A stretch of 64,000 nt of DNA from Macrostomum hystrix (taxonomy: Eukaryota; Animalia; Platyhelminthes): NCBI GenBank assembly GCA_950097015.1, contig CATNEN010000038.1, positions 10,540,001-10,604,000 of the forward strand, in the 5' to 3' direction. Below are positions 1 through 35,536 of the stretch, piece by piece. Within the stretch, counting starts at the first letter, position 1. Every line of letters starts with the position of its first letter. Under the pieces are notes generated by a model. That model was given only the letters and a program-made list of their open reading frames with translations, ran no database searches and was not told the origin of the DNA. A program made the translations under genes and the position numbers.

Positions 1-501
1 TTGCGCGATACACAATTATGTGCTCAAAATTGGTGCTGTTTGTGATTCTGTGGTACGAACTTAGCTCTTTGCAAGAAAAAGAATTTAGGCACCCTTTGCG
101 CTCGAATGAGGTAATTTCTACACGACGGAACTCAAAATGACTTTGTATTGTAAAGTTTCAGCAAGTTCAATTCAATATTACTCAAAAACATGCATGCATT
201 CTAAGCTCGTATTTAAACTCATCGGTGCTGTTTGACACTGATGTGTGCTAACAGTCGATTTCAATGCTGTAGCAGTGCACAAGAGTCTAGAGAAGCTGTC
301 ATAAAGGGTTCACAATTAGTTGTATCGCGCCAGGTAACAAGCTAATCACAAGCTCGACAAGTGAAATTTTGGTGCAAAAATAAATAGGTAATGAACAGCT
401 TTTTTAATTATGATCAACCTTGAACTAGTGAGCATAGGGAACAAACGTGTCCTTTGCTTTGCTTTGCCAATGAACGATTGCGACTATCTTGAGAATGCAA
501 A

Positions 502-22009
<21,508 letters not shown>

Positions 22010-23612
22010 CGCTCCGCTGAAGTCTGTTTCGGAGTCTGTTTCGGAGTCTGTTTCGGAGTCTGTCTCGAATATTAACGTAGAGCAGAGAGCTATAAAATAA
22101 ACGAAAAATTGTACTCTTGTGAGCACTTTTTGCACTCCTTGAGAGGTAGAACTCAATCTGTACAGCGGCAGTGTGCCTGTGCCTTGGCCAATGATAATTT
22201 AACTGGTCCGAAAGCCAATGACTTTTTGGTATGGCCTACAGATAGCGGGTGCGTTCCCGCGCGAATCACAAAGACTCAGCTTCCAAAAAGGCAGCCATAG
22301 AGGGCAGCCTCAGATATAGAAAATTCTCAGATTCTGCGATTCCCGACGGAGCTGTTTATCCTCTCTGTTTGTTTCGCCACCCTGCCTTCTCTCTTTAGTT
22401 CCCTATAGCTGGCCTCTTAAAGCTACGAGGCCTCTCTTCCCATTTTCTCCGTCTCCTCTAAGGGGCCCCACCTCCAGCCGAGATATCGCTGTGCAAAGAA
22501 AACCCTCAGTTTTCATGCTTTCTCGTCTCTCTCCACTCTCTCGCCCTCTCGCCCTCTCGCCCGTCATATTCTAAAAAGCCTTGGCCTATACTGCCGCCAG
22601 CTTGTCCGAACGGATGATGAGGAACGAGTGCGAAAGGCAAAATAGGAAGACAGGCAGACGGAGAGAGCCAGTGCAGTGCACCAGGGCAACCTGAGGCATG
22701 GCGGAGCCAACCAAAAGTCCCCGGGGCTATAGAACATGGGGTGAATATTTTCTTTTGTCATACGGCGAGTACCGGGACCAGAAGCAGACGTTGTGGCGGG
22801 GAGACGGGAGACGACAAGATGGGAGCGAAAAAAATGGCGGGTTTGAATAGGTAATCAGAGATCAGCTTGCGTGTACAGGGGGGCCTGCTGTGTACCTTAA
22901 AGCAACACGCACATGCACTAGCAGCAGCAGCAGCAGCAGCGGTGCTGGCAGCTCGGCCAGGGAAATGAAGACAAATAAAACACTGTCGCTGCCCTGCCCT
23001 GTTTCTGTCCAGCTTTTGCCGGGGTTGGCGACACCCCTAGAAGCTGATAGCTTCGAGTATCAGTGAGCTCAACAGATAGACCTACATAATTACCTATTCA
23101 CTTTGCCAGCTTTTAATCTGCAATTCTGTTTGGACTTAATCCAGCAAATACAACTGACAATAGCTAGACGATTAGTGCTTATAGAGGCTTACCTTAATCT
23201 GCCAGATATCGAGTTAAAAACCGAGGAGTAGAAAGTGCCCGATCCTAAAGCAAACAAAAATGGAGGGAAGGAAAAAGCTTTTTGACTGAAACAGACGAAC
23301 GAGAAGGGAAAGAGAGCGACAGAGAAGGACCTGCAGCCTATGAGCACGCTTGCTAACGATCGATGAGCTCAGAGAGTAGTGAAATAGGGGAGGCTGAGCA
23401 AGGCTGTGGGGTTGGCCGAGACAAAAGGACTTTCAGTTGAGATGAGCTGCAAGCGCGATGGAGCAGCTGTGAGTATCTCAGCTGGCGTTCGGCGACAACA
23501 GGACTGCTGGTGGCAAGTCAAGAGGATTTTGGACTGGCCGACTCATTGTCAACTGTCGATGGGATTCATTTTGGCCGGGAGAAAACAGTTGCGATCTGCT
23601 TGTGGGAGTGCA

Positions 23613-26600
23613 CTGGATTGCTAGTCTATATCGTGTGATATGTATTGCTAGTCTATCTCGTGTGATATGGATTGCTAGTCTATCTAATGTGATATGGATT
23701 GCTAGTCTATCTCGTGCCATATGGATTGCTAGTCTATCTCGTGTGATACGGATTGCTAGTCTATCTAATGTGATATGGATTGCTAGTCTATCTCGTGTGA
23801 TATGGATTGCTAGTCTATCTCGTGTGATATGGATTGCTAGTCTATCTAATGTGATATGGATTGCTAGTCTATCTAATGTGATATGGATTGCTAGTCTATC
23901 TCGTGCCATATGGATTGCTAGTCTATCTAATGTGATATGGATTGCTAGTCTATCTAATGTGATATGAATTGCTAGTCTATCTAATGTGATATGAATTGCT
24001 AGTCTATATCGTGCCATATGAATTGCTAGTCTATATCGTGCCATATGAATTGCTAGTCTATATCGTGCCATATGGATTGCTAGTCTATATCGTGTGATAT
24101 GGATTGCTAGTCTATATCGTGTGATATGGATTGCTAGTCTATCTCGTGCCATATGGATTGCTAGTCTATATCGTGTGATATGGATTGCTAGTCTATATCG
24201 TGTGATATGGATTGCTAGTCTATATCGTGTGATATTGATTGCTAGTCTATATCGTGTGATATGGATTGCTAGTCTATCTCGTGTGATATGGATTGCTAGT
24301 CTATATTGTGTGATATGGATTGCTAGTCTATCTCGTGCCATATGGATTGCTAGTCTATATCGTGTGATATGGATTGCTATTCTATCTCGTGTGATATGAA
24401 TTGCTAGTCTATATCGTGTGATATGGATTGCTAGTCTATCTCGTGTGATATGGATTGCTAGTCTATATCGTGCCATATGGATTGCTAGTCTATATCGTGC
24501 CATATGGATTGCTAGTCTATATCGTGTGATATGGATTGCTAGTCTATCTCGTGGCATATGGATTGCTAGTCTATATCGTGCCATATGGATTGCTAGTCTA
24601 TCTCGTGTGATATTGATTGCTAGTCTATATCGTGTGATATGGATTGCTAGTCTATATCGTGTGATATGGATTGCTATTCTATCTCGTGTGATATGAATTG
24701 CTAGTCTATATTGTGTGATATGGATTGCTAGTCTATCTCGTGCCATATGGATTGCTAGTCTATATCGTGTGATATGGATTGCTAGTCTATCTCGTGTGAT
24801 ATGGATTGCTAGTCTATCTCGTGTGATATGGATTGCTAGTCTATCTCGTGTGATATGGATTGCTAGTCTATATTGTGTGATATGGATTGCTAGTCTATCT
24901 CGTGCCATATGGATTGCTAGTCTATATCGTGTGATATGGATTGCTATTCTATCTCGTGTGATATGAATTGCTAGTCTATATCGTGTGATATGGATTGCTA
25001 GTCTATCTCGTGTGATATGGATTGCTAGTCTATATCGTGCCATATGGATTGCTAGTCTATATCGTGCCATATGGATTGCTAGTCTATATCGTGTGATATG
25101 GATTGCTAGTCTATCTCGTGGCATATGGATTGCTAGTCTATATCGTGCCATATGGATTGCTAGTCTATCTCGTGTGATATTGATTGCTAGTCTATATCGT
25201 GTGATATGGATTGCTAGTCTATATCGTGTGATATGGATTGCTAGTCTATCTCGTGTGATATGGATTGCTAGTCTATATTGTGTGATATGGATTGCTAGTC
25301 TATCTCGTGCCATATGGATTGCTAGTCTATATCGTGTGATATGGATTGCTAGTCTATCTCGTGTGATATGGATTGCTAGTCTATCTCGTGTGATATGGAT
25401 TGCTAGTCTATATCGTGTGATATGGATTGCTAGTCTATCTCGTGTGATATGGATTGCTAGTCTATATCGTGCCATATGGATTGCTAGTCTATATCGTGCC
25501 ATATGGATTGCTAGTCTATATCGTGTGATATGGATTGCTAGTCTATCTCGTGGCATATGGATTGCTAGTCTATCTCGTGTGAAATGGATTGCTAGTCTAT
25601 CTCGTGTGATATGGATTGCTAGTCTATATCGTGTGATATGGATTGCTAGTCTATCTCGTGTGATATGGATTGCTAGTCTATATCGTGTGATATGGATTGC
25701 TAGTCTATCTCGTGTGATATGGATTGCTAGTCTATATTGTGTGATATGGATTGCTAGTCTATCTCGTGCCATATGGATTGCTAGTCTATATCGTGTGATA
25801 TGGATTGCTATTCTATCTCGTGTGATATGAATTGCTAGTCTATATCGTGTGATATGGATTGCTAGTCTATCTCGTGTGATATGGATTGCTAGTCTATATC
25901 GTGCCATATGGATTGCTAGTCTATATCGTGCCATATGGATTGCTAGTCTATATCGTGTGATATGGATTGCTAGTCTATCTCGTGGCATATGGATTGCTAG
26001 TCTATATCGTGCCATATGGATTGCTAGTCTATCTCGTGTGATATTGATTGCTAGTCTATATCGTGTGATATGGATTGCTAGTCTATATCGTGTGATATGG
26101 ATTGCTATTCTATCTCGTGTGATATGAATTGCTAGTCTATATTGTGTGATATGGATTGCTAGTCTATCTCGTGCCATATGGATTGCTAGTCTATATCGTG
26201 TGATATGGATTGCTAGTCTATCTCGTGTGATATGGATTGCTAGTCTATCTCGTGTGATATGGATTGCTAGTCTATCTCGTGTGATATGGATTGCTAGTCT
26301 ATATTGTGTGATATGGATTGCTAGTCTATCTCGTGCCATATGGATTGCTAGTCTATATCGTGTGATATGGATTGCTATTCTATCTCGTGTGATATGAATT
26401 GCTAGTCTATATCGTGTGATATGGATTGCTAGTCTATCTCGTGTGATATGGATTGCTAGTCTATATCGTGCCATATGGATTGCTAGTCTATATCGTGCCA
26501 TATGGATTGCTAGTCTATATCGTGTGATATGGATTGCTAGTCTATCTCGTGGCATATGGATTGCTAGTCTATATCGTGCCATATGGATTGCTAGTCTATC

Positions 26601-28185
26601 TCGTGTGATATTGATTGCTAGTCTATATCGTGTGATATGGATTGCTAGTCTATATCGTGTGATATGGATTGCTAGTCTATCTCGTGTGATATGGATTGCT
26701 AGTCTATATTGTGTGATATGGATTGCTAGTCTATCTCGTGCCATATGGATTGCTAGTCTATATCGTGTGATATGGATTGCTAGTCTATCTCGTGTGATAT
26801 GGATTGCTAGTCTATCTCGTGTGATATGGATTGCTAGTCTATATCGTGTGATATGGATTGCTAGTCTATCTCGTGTGATATGGATTGCTAGTCTATATCG
26901 TGCCATATGGATTGCTAGTCTATATCGTGCCATATGGATTGCTAGTCTATATCGTGTGATATGGATTGCTAGTCTATCTCGTGGCATATGGATTGCTAGT
27001 CTATCTCGTGTGAAATGGATTGCTAGTCTATCTCGTGTGATATGGATTGCTAGTCTATATCGTGTGATATGGATTGCTAGTCTATCTCGTGTGATATGGA
27101 TTGCTAGTCTATATCGTGTGATATGGATTGCTAGTCTATCTCGTGTGATATGGATTGCTAGTCTATATCGTGTGATATGGATTGCTAGTCTATCTCGTGT
27201 GATATGGATTGCTAGTCTATATCGTGCCATATGGATTGCTAGTCTATATCGTGCCATATGGATTGCTAGTCTATATCGTGTGATATGGATTGCTAGTCTA
27301 TCTCGTGGCATATGGATTGCTAGTCTATCTCGTGTGAAATGGATTGCTAGTCTATATCGTGTGATATGGATTGCTAGTCTATCTCGTGTGATATGGATTG
27401 CTAGTCTATATCGTGCCATATGGATTGCTAGTCTATATCGTGTGATATGGATTGCTAGTCTATCTCGTGGCATATGGATTGCTAGTCTATCTCGTGTGAT
27501 ATGGATTGCTAGTCTATATCGTGCCATATGGATTGCTAGTCTATATCGTGCCATATGGATTGCTAGTCTATATCGTGCCATATGGATTGCTAGTCTATAT
27601 CGTGCCATATGGATTGCTAGTCTATATCGTGTGATATGGATTGCTAGTCTATCTCGTGGCATATGGATTGCTAGTCTATCTCGTGTGATATGGATTGCTA
27701 GTCTATATCGTGCCATATGGATTGCTAGTCTATATCGTGCCATATGGATTGCTAGTCTATATCGTGTGATATGGATTGCTAGTCTATCTCGTGTGATATG
27801 GGTTGCTAGTCTATATCGTGTGATATGGATTGCTAGTCTATCTCGTGTGATATGGATTGCTAGTCTATCTCGTGTGATATGGATTGCTAGTCTATCTAAT
27901 GTGATATGGATTGCTAGTCTATCTCGTGCCATATGGATTGCTAGTCTATCTAATGTGATATGGATTGCTAGTCTATCTAATGTGATATGAATTGCTAGTC
28001 TATCTAATGTGATATGGATTGCTAGTCTATCTAATGTGATATGGATTGCTAGTCTATCTCGTGTGATATGGATTGCTAGTCTATCTAATGTGATATGGAT
28101 TGCTAGTCTATCTCGTGTGATATGGATTGCTAGTCTATCTAATGTGATATGGATTGCTAGTCAATGTCGTGTAATATGGATTGCT
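23613..28185. repeat. 27-bp satellite (~170 copies) with higher-order structure
   Basis: Unit ggattgctagtctat(a/c)tcgtg(tg/cc)atat; variant marker units recur at 567-bp and 1431-bp periods. Confidence 0.97.
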
Positions 28186-29054
28186 TATATATTTTGTGTG
28201 ATAGTACATTGCACCTATTGCTTATCTATTACATGCATCATGGTTCAGTGCCGCTGGAGGTATGCAACAGATGGAGTTGCTAATGGCAACCATTTTTCTA
28301 CTTACGCTACGAAGACTTCAGACTGTTGGCTGATATAGTGCACTTTGGCCAAGCAAAATATTCTTAATATGCATTTTTCCGCTGCCGTATTACGGATCAG
28401 TTGCTAGTCGGCACATTGGAACAGCCATCCAACTCTTCAGAGGCTTTCGGTACTGAGCGAGAGGGACAGCGAGAGTGATATAAGGGCGTGGAGTTTTTAA
28501 AGCGATGAAAAATCTGTCTTACTATGCAAACTGTGGGTTTGTTTTAATCTGCTTCCTGGGCCTGGGGGGTATTGGGTGGTGGCTAATGTTTAGGGCAGAG
28601 ATAGCCAATACTGGCGCTTTTTATATTAACTGCTCTCTCTCTCTCTCTCTCTGGTCCGTTTGCATAGCAATCTCTCGCACTGCTGCCTGGCATTTTCACA
28701 ACGCTGCGCGCCCAACTATGGAGCTCGACTGAACTAGAGGGCTGCGGCTGCGGCTGGGGCTCGGTGTGGCAGGGATATGCGTGGGAGTGTGGGGAAACCT
28801 ACTGGATTTGTCCAAACTTGACTCGCCACACTGAGAAGCCGCGCCTGTTCCCAACTCAAACTCTGCTTGGATTGCAATCCTAGCAAATCTATGTTTAGCG
28901 AAATGAGCGTGTGGCATGAGTGAGGAAATATTTTTGATTATCAATCTAATCTCCCTATCGACACTGACTTACTGATCGAAATTCTTCGCTGCACATGCGA
29001 GACGGCTCAAAGCTAGACTAGAAAATTGTCAAATATCGAATATAACGATGGGAT

Positions 29055-29500
29055 ATGCGAGAGATTAGACAGGGGAGAGATGAGACAGGGGAGAGGAGAG
29101 ACAGGAGAGAGATGAGACAGGGGAGAGATAAGAAAGCGGAGAGATAAGACAGGGAGAGATAAGACAGGGGAGAGATGAGAAAGTGGAGAGATGAGACAGG
29201 AAGGAGATGAGACAGGAAGGAGATGAGATAGGGGAGAGATGAGACAGGGGAGAGATGAGACAGGGGAGAGATAAGACAGGGGAGAGATTAGAAAGTGGAG
29301 AGATGAGACAGGAAGGAGATGAGACAGGAAGGAGATGAGATAGGGGAGAGATGAGACAGGGGAGAGATGAGACAGGGGAGAGATGAGACAGGGGAGAGAT
29401 GAGACAGGGAGATATGAGACAGGGGAGAGATGAGGCAGTTGAGAGATAATACAGGGGAGAGATGAGACAGGGGAGAGATGAGACAGGGGAGAGATGAGAG
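29055..29500. repeat. 17-bp minisatellite (gagacaggggagagat), inverted member of the 6706-7290 family
   Basis: Direct reading. Confidence 0.92.
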
Positions 29501-31261
29501 ATTGTTGGCCAATTTCTCATTCATATCAGAGACTAAAACATAAATATGAAAAGTGCAGTTGCAAAAGCCAACAGAGAGAACAGTGCGGGCTTGTGAGGCT
29601 GCTTGCAAATTTATGACTGTGTATAATTTGAATATCCAACATTGTAACTTATCCCCTGTTTAGAGCACCAGATCGGAATCGAGGTCTTTGAGCTTCTCTG
29701 TGCTCAACTCAGAATAAAGGCCTGAAAGGACTTCGCATAGCCGCTACATTTTATAAGCGAAAGCAGAAGATAAGCGAAAGCAAATCAGTGAGAATGTGCT
29801 CATTCAGGAGCAGAGATGGAACAAGATAAAAGAGTTTATCACGCAGCCAGCCTTCAGAAGCAGCTCAAATGGCTCGGCATTAGAAAGCTAGAATCACGAA
29901 GAGACAGCCGGACAGAAACTTGGTCGTGCATCCCTGCGAATACTAAACTAGTGTTTCATAATTCGCTTTTCGAAACTGCCGCAGAAAGTACTTTGTAGTT
30001 TAGAATATTTAAAATGAAATGAATTTTATCGTGCACGTTGCGATCTACGCTCGTATATGTATAAAAGGCTATTTATTAAATACGTCACTACTTTGGCAAA
30101 ACCTGCTGTTGATTTTATCTGCAATTTTATGTGCTGGCTGACTATAGCTCCTGGTGACACAATAAAACTTGAAAATAGACGTCACCTCACCCTCTCAAGG
30201 TATCCATATCAATAGTTTAAGTGAGAGGTCACCTGACCTAAAAAGAATACCAAGGAAATCTGTTGGTAATTTAGCAATTACTTTGCAGTAAACCTTAAGT
30301 AACTCAATACTCCGAGAGAACGACTCTGGAATTGAGTAAATTCACATTTCAGAGCAGAAATGCCCGAGAGACACAGCGAAAATCGCTTGTTACTTCTAAT
30401 AATCCGAGCATGAATAACCAGTTCGCCTGGCAAGCGTACTAATTGATAGCGTACTAATTGACAGCCGCTGTGCGCGGAAAGCGAGCGGGTTCATTCGTCA
30501 TCCGCCCGTGCATTGGTTGACGACTCGTAACACGGCTAGATCGAAGCTTGAGGCCGTGCTCACAGGCCGACACGCATCGGCACAAAACTGCTGGCAATTA
30601 ACCCCTGCCCAATAGGGCCTCCCTTTTCTCTTTTTTATCGATCTTGGGCTCTGGGGTACTTCGGCTTGCGAGCCCGGATTCGCTTATTTGGCCACAGAGT
30701 TTGAGTCGAGAGAGTTTGAGCTCTGCCGGCCGGGAGGGGGAATCGGTTCGGTTTAAGACGTGTGGGATAACAGAGGGGCCGTTAATCCCACCGGGTTGGG
30801 ATGCGGGCGAGGCCAATAGAAGCGGTGGAAGCGGTGTTGTTGAGATCGATCTGATCTGCCCCCGGCCACTGAGGGAGAGACGCCGCGGACAAACTGAACG
30901 GCAATAAACTGCGTTGTGGAACTGAAGATCCTTTAATCTTGTCCCCCCGCAAACCTTTGGAGCCAAAATGAGCTGCTCGGATGCTCAACCCCAGTCTGTA
31001 GCCCATGCTCACAGCTTGCAGACCTTCAGCAGTGTGTCAGAGGGGCGAGACATACTCGCTGTATCGGCTGGAAAACATCCGGCTCTCCGTCTCTACCGCA
31101 TTGATCCAATGCTGCAATTTTTCACCGTTTAGCTGATCTACAAAGTATAAAGGGCAACTCAGGATTAGAATACAATGAGAGCTGACTGCTTACTTTTATT
31201 TAGTTCCCCAGGACAATTTTAATGACAAAAACTAAGGTGAATTCAATGCAAACTATAATCA

Positions 31262-32452
31262 CAAACCTCCGAATCTTCAGGACAAACGCTGGACACTAAG
31301 CTCCGTATCTTCAGGACAAACGCTAGACACTAAGCACTAAGCTCCGTATCTTCAGGACAAACGCTGGACACTAAGCACTAAGCTCCGTATCTTCAGGACA
31401 AACGCTGGACACTAAGCTCCGTATCTTCAGGACAAACGCTAGACACTAAGCACTAAGCTCCGTATCTTCAGGACAAACGCTGGACACTAAGCACTAAGCT
31501 CCGTATCTTCAGGACAAACGCTGGACTCTAAGCACTAAGCTCCGTATCTTCAGGACAAACGCTGGACACTAAGCTCCGTATCTTCAGGACAAACGCTGGA
31601 CACTAAGCTCCGTATCTTCAGGACAAACGCTGGACACTAAGCTCCGAATCTTCAGGACAAACGCTAGACACTAAGCACTAAGCTCCGTATCTTCAGGACA
31701 AACGCTGGAAACTAAGCTCCGTATCTTCAGGACAAACGCTGGACACTAAGCTCCGTATCTTCAGGACAAACGCTGGACACTAAGCTCCGTATCTTCAGGA
31801 CAAACGCTGGACACTAAGCTCCGTATCTTCAGGACAAACGCTGGACACTAAGCTCCGTATCTTCAGGACAAACGCTGGACACTAAGCTCCGTATCTTCAG
31901 GACAAACGCTGGACACTAAGCTCCGTATCTTCAGGACAAACGCTGGACACTAAGCTCCGTATCTTCAGGACAAACGCTGGACACTAAGCTCCGTATCTTC
32001 AGGACAAACGCTGGACACTAAGCTCCGAATCTTCAGGACAAACGCTGGACACTAAGCACTAAGCTCCGTATCTTCAGGACAAACGCTGGACACTAAGCTC
32101 CGTATCTTCAGGACAAACGCTGGAAACTAAGCTCCGAATCTTCAGGACAAACGCTGGACACTAAGCTCCGTATCTTCAGGACAAACGCTGGACACTAAGC
32201 TCCGAATCTTCAGGACAAACGCTGGACACTAAGCACTAAGCTCCGTATCTTCAGGACAAACGCTAGACACTAAGCACTAAGCTCCGTATCTTCAGGACAA
32301 ACGCTAGACACTAAGCACTAAGCTCCGTATCTTCAGGACAAACGCTAGACACTAAGCTCTAAGCTCCGTATCTTCAGGACAAACGCTAGACACTAAGCTC
32401 CGTATCTTCAGGACAAACGCTAGACACTAAGCACTAAGCTCCGATCTTCAGG
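31262..32452. repeat. 34-bp minisatellite (ctccgtatcttcaggacaaacgctggacactaag, 41-bp variants) upstream of DEG/ENaC copy 1
   Basis: Direct reading; contiguous units without spacers. Confidence 0.95.
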
Positions 32453-32655
32453 AAAATTCGCTCAAGCAAGAAAATAAAAAAAGACAAAATTGCTTATCTG
32501 CTCGTTGCATAAGAATTAATGAGACATCTGTCCGAATGCTGATATGGGAGTCACTTGGCCCTTCGGGAAAGGTCGGTGAGCATAAAAGGGATTCAAAGGA
32601 AATAATAAATTCCATGACAGTCAGAGACACCCAAGCACCGAAATAGAAGCTAAAC

Positions 32656-35006
32656 ATGGCTGCAATTCATCAGCTGCAGCAGCAACACGAGCAGGACTCA
32701 GCTGCGGCTGCAGCACTGAGCAGAGGCAACAGCGGATCTTCACTGACGTCAACGACCGTTTCCAGACTGCTGCTGGACTGCCTGGTCAAGAGCTCTGTGC
32801 GCGGCCTGCCGAGAATCTTCAGCAGCGGTTCGCGCCAGCTGCGGCTTCTCTGGTCGTGCAGCGTGCTGGCCTTCTTCTGCCTGCTGGTGTTCAACATCTA
32901 CCGCGTCGCCGTAGTCTACCGGCGCGGCGACGTTGTCATCGCACTGAAGCCCTGGCTGCCAAGGCCGCCCTTTCCCAGCCTGACAGTCTGCGACTCCAGG
33001 TAAACTGAGATCTAAGATTCTAAGGGGACCTGATATTTGAGTAGTTCGCATCCCAAGAGGAGTCGAGTTGAATAAGTTGATGGCGTCAAATTCTCAGAAA
33101 ATTCGACAGCACACAATCATGAGTGCCGGGGTGTGTTTGCGATGGTCCCTTCAAAGAGCATTTCGAAGAGGATTTGAGAGGCTGTGAGAAATTCTCATTC
33201 CCTCAGGAGGCATCGGGTTGAGTAAATAGATAGTTGAATGAAAATGCGACGTCACATAACACCATGTGTACTCGTGTGCGTTTAAGATCTAGACTACTTA
33301 TTAAAAGTAGTATGTTTATCAAGATGCTCTGGCGTCTCATTTAACTCTCCGCGGTCGCAGTCCCATGCCATTCACAGGTATGCGCCGGTTGCCAATGACG
33401 CCAAGAGACTACACGCGACGCATTAACTCGCTGTCAGCGGCCTCCTCTACACCACTCGCGCCGCATCTGCTCAAGGAGCTGCTCACACCGGCCGCTTATC
33501 ACGACCACCTGCCGCAGCGTCAACTGCTGGCCGAGGCAGCCGATAGCGAGCTGGTGCTGTTAGAGAGCTGCCAGGTTGAGCTGACAGACCCTCATCACCG
33601 CGGCCGGCTGCGAAGCGAGCCCTGCCACTTGGCGACCAGGGCCAGCGTACCGGGCTACGTGGCCTGCACCACCATCAGCGCTCCGGATGAGAACAGTGAG
33701 CACGCTTGCCGACTGACGCTCCACCTACTGCTGGACTCCGAGACGGATCCGCTGCGCTGCGGCAAGTGCATCGCCGACCATGTCGAATCGTTAAAAACAG
33801 GTGCCATTGCCTACCTGCACGAGGCCGGCTCGCATCCCATTGACATCAGCGATGGTGTGCGACTATCACCGGGGACACAGAGCTTCATCCACGTCAAGGC
33901 GGCGAAATCTGAGCGTCAGCGGTGCTCTAACAATGCCCCAAAGACTCTGACGCTGAGACCGACGCAGCTTCTTCCAGCCATTTCGACAGCATATTCCGAG
34001 CAGCTCTGCCACGCCCTGAACAGGCAGGTGATGCGCAAGATCGCCTGCGGCTGCGTCATGCCTCGCGAGCCAATGCCTGACGATCTCGACGGCGATCTGT
34101 TGCCGCCCTGTCGGTTGCAGGACTTAAATGCCACCGCCCTGAACTTGACGCAGATGTCGTGCGCAACTGACTTGTGGGAAGCGTCCAAGGACGTTGAAGG
34201 CGACAGTGGATCGGGAGACGATGCTGAATATGCTGATGGCACCTCGGCAGCATCTGATAGCATCTGCCCCAGACCGTGCAGTCAAGTAAGTTTGAAGCAG
34301 TGCTTTTCTGAAGATCTTTTGAGCTTTTGCAATACAGCTTGAATTCCTCACCATTCCCAGGTGATTTTCACGGTGGCTCGCAGCGAAGCACGCGGAATCG
34401 ATGCCAACTCAGCTCTGGACATTTTCGAACGCTACGTCTACAACACCAGCGCGTTTTTTCGACTTCGCGATCGCCTATGGCAGTACGAAACAGCTCTGCT
34501 GTTGCGCCAGGCCGGTAAGGACGATGCGGCGCGCGAAGTACTGGCCAACAGCACCTATTTGCAGGTAAATTTCTATAATGATTTAACTAATTAATTAAGG
34601 ATCGATAATGATCTATTTGCTGTGGCTCTCATAAAAATACCAATTTGACTAAAAATACCAAGGTGAGATGTAGTTTTGATATTTTCTTTCATTTAACCTA
34701 CAACAGGACAATCTAATTACCATGGCGCTGCAGTTCAACTCGCGTCAGGCCAAGAGAGTGGCTGAGAACTATATCCTGGGCCTCGCTGCATTCGTCAGCC
34801 AAATTGGCGGTCTGTTGTCTTTGTTTAGCGGCATAACCGTCATTTGCCTCACAGAAATTGCTGAGCTAGCTTGGCTGATTTTAAAATACACCTTATCTAA
34901 AAGTGAGCGCGAAGGAAGCAAAAATAGGAATAGAGCAACGGGAAGCAGTGAGGAGCTGAACACGATTGAGAGGCAGATGCGGCAAGCTGAAACTGTACAT
35001 GTTTAA
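32656..35006 (+). CDS. DEG/ENaC (amiloride-sensitive/ASIC-like) sodium channel subunit, copy 1, ~590 aa
   Basis: Exons 32656-32999, 33361-34285, 34361-34564, 34707-35006 (GT-AG, phases 2/0/0). Pre-TM1 SSVRGLPRI, TM1 RLLWSCSVLAFFCLLVFNIY, FPSLTVC, G...YLHEAG...G.RLSPG, YSEQLC...CGC thumb cysteines, C..PC, and TM2 FVSQIGGLLSLFSGITVICLTEIAEL. Confidence 0.9.
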
Positions 35007-35536
35007 CATAAATATTCTTCTGAAAACTGATCATACTAATTTGTAGTCGAGTACATTTGCTAAATACTATGATATTATTCGCGAGGAAATGGCGAGACAC
35101 TTATGGCATTATATTGGTCTTTTGTACAAGAGCGTAAGTTTCAGAATTTTTTAAATAATGGCTTAAAAATGCAAGCGCAGTTTAAAATAAAAATTATCGC
35201 GTCGTCGATTATAACTCGTCGATAATATTTAAAACATTTTAGATAAACTTTGTTGAATAAAAAAAATTTATATAGTTCCATTATACTACACAATACTCCT
35301 CACGCTTTTTTAACTTTTTTTAACTTGTCACATTTTTGCGCGAATATTCGATTTGTAACGTTTCAAGGAATTTCACAAGAATATTGTATGTACAATACTA
35401 TAATTGGTGCAACTGTTACTCACCTGATTTGCTGATTCGTCGGCTGTTGTATAGACAGGTTTTATAATAAACCTGTCTATAATAAGACATATAAAGCATA
35501 TAATAAGCATCACATCTACTTGATCAACTGTAACAG

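Noticed and set aside
23478-27932. 1484-aa ORF (RDRLAIHIT repeats) and antisense WIASLSRVI ORFs
   Set aside because: Pure translation of a 27-bp satellite whose unit is a multiple of 3 and lacks stops; no unique domains or splice context.
30598-31140. Minus-strand ORFs cut by the duplication breakpoint (apparent new C-terminus in copy 2)
   Set aside because: No recognisable motifs, internal stops in the best frame, no supported exon chain; cannot call a gene or chimera.
31262-32452. CRISPR-like regular 34-bp repeats (also the 32/33-bp and 29-bp arrays)
   Set aside because: Units are contiguous with no unique spacers; no cas genes; eukaryotic context.
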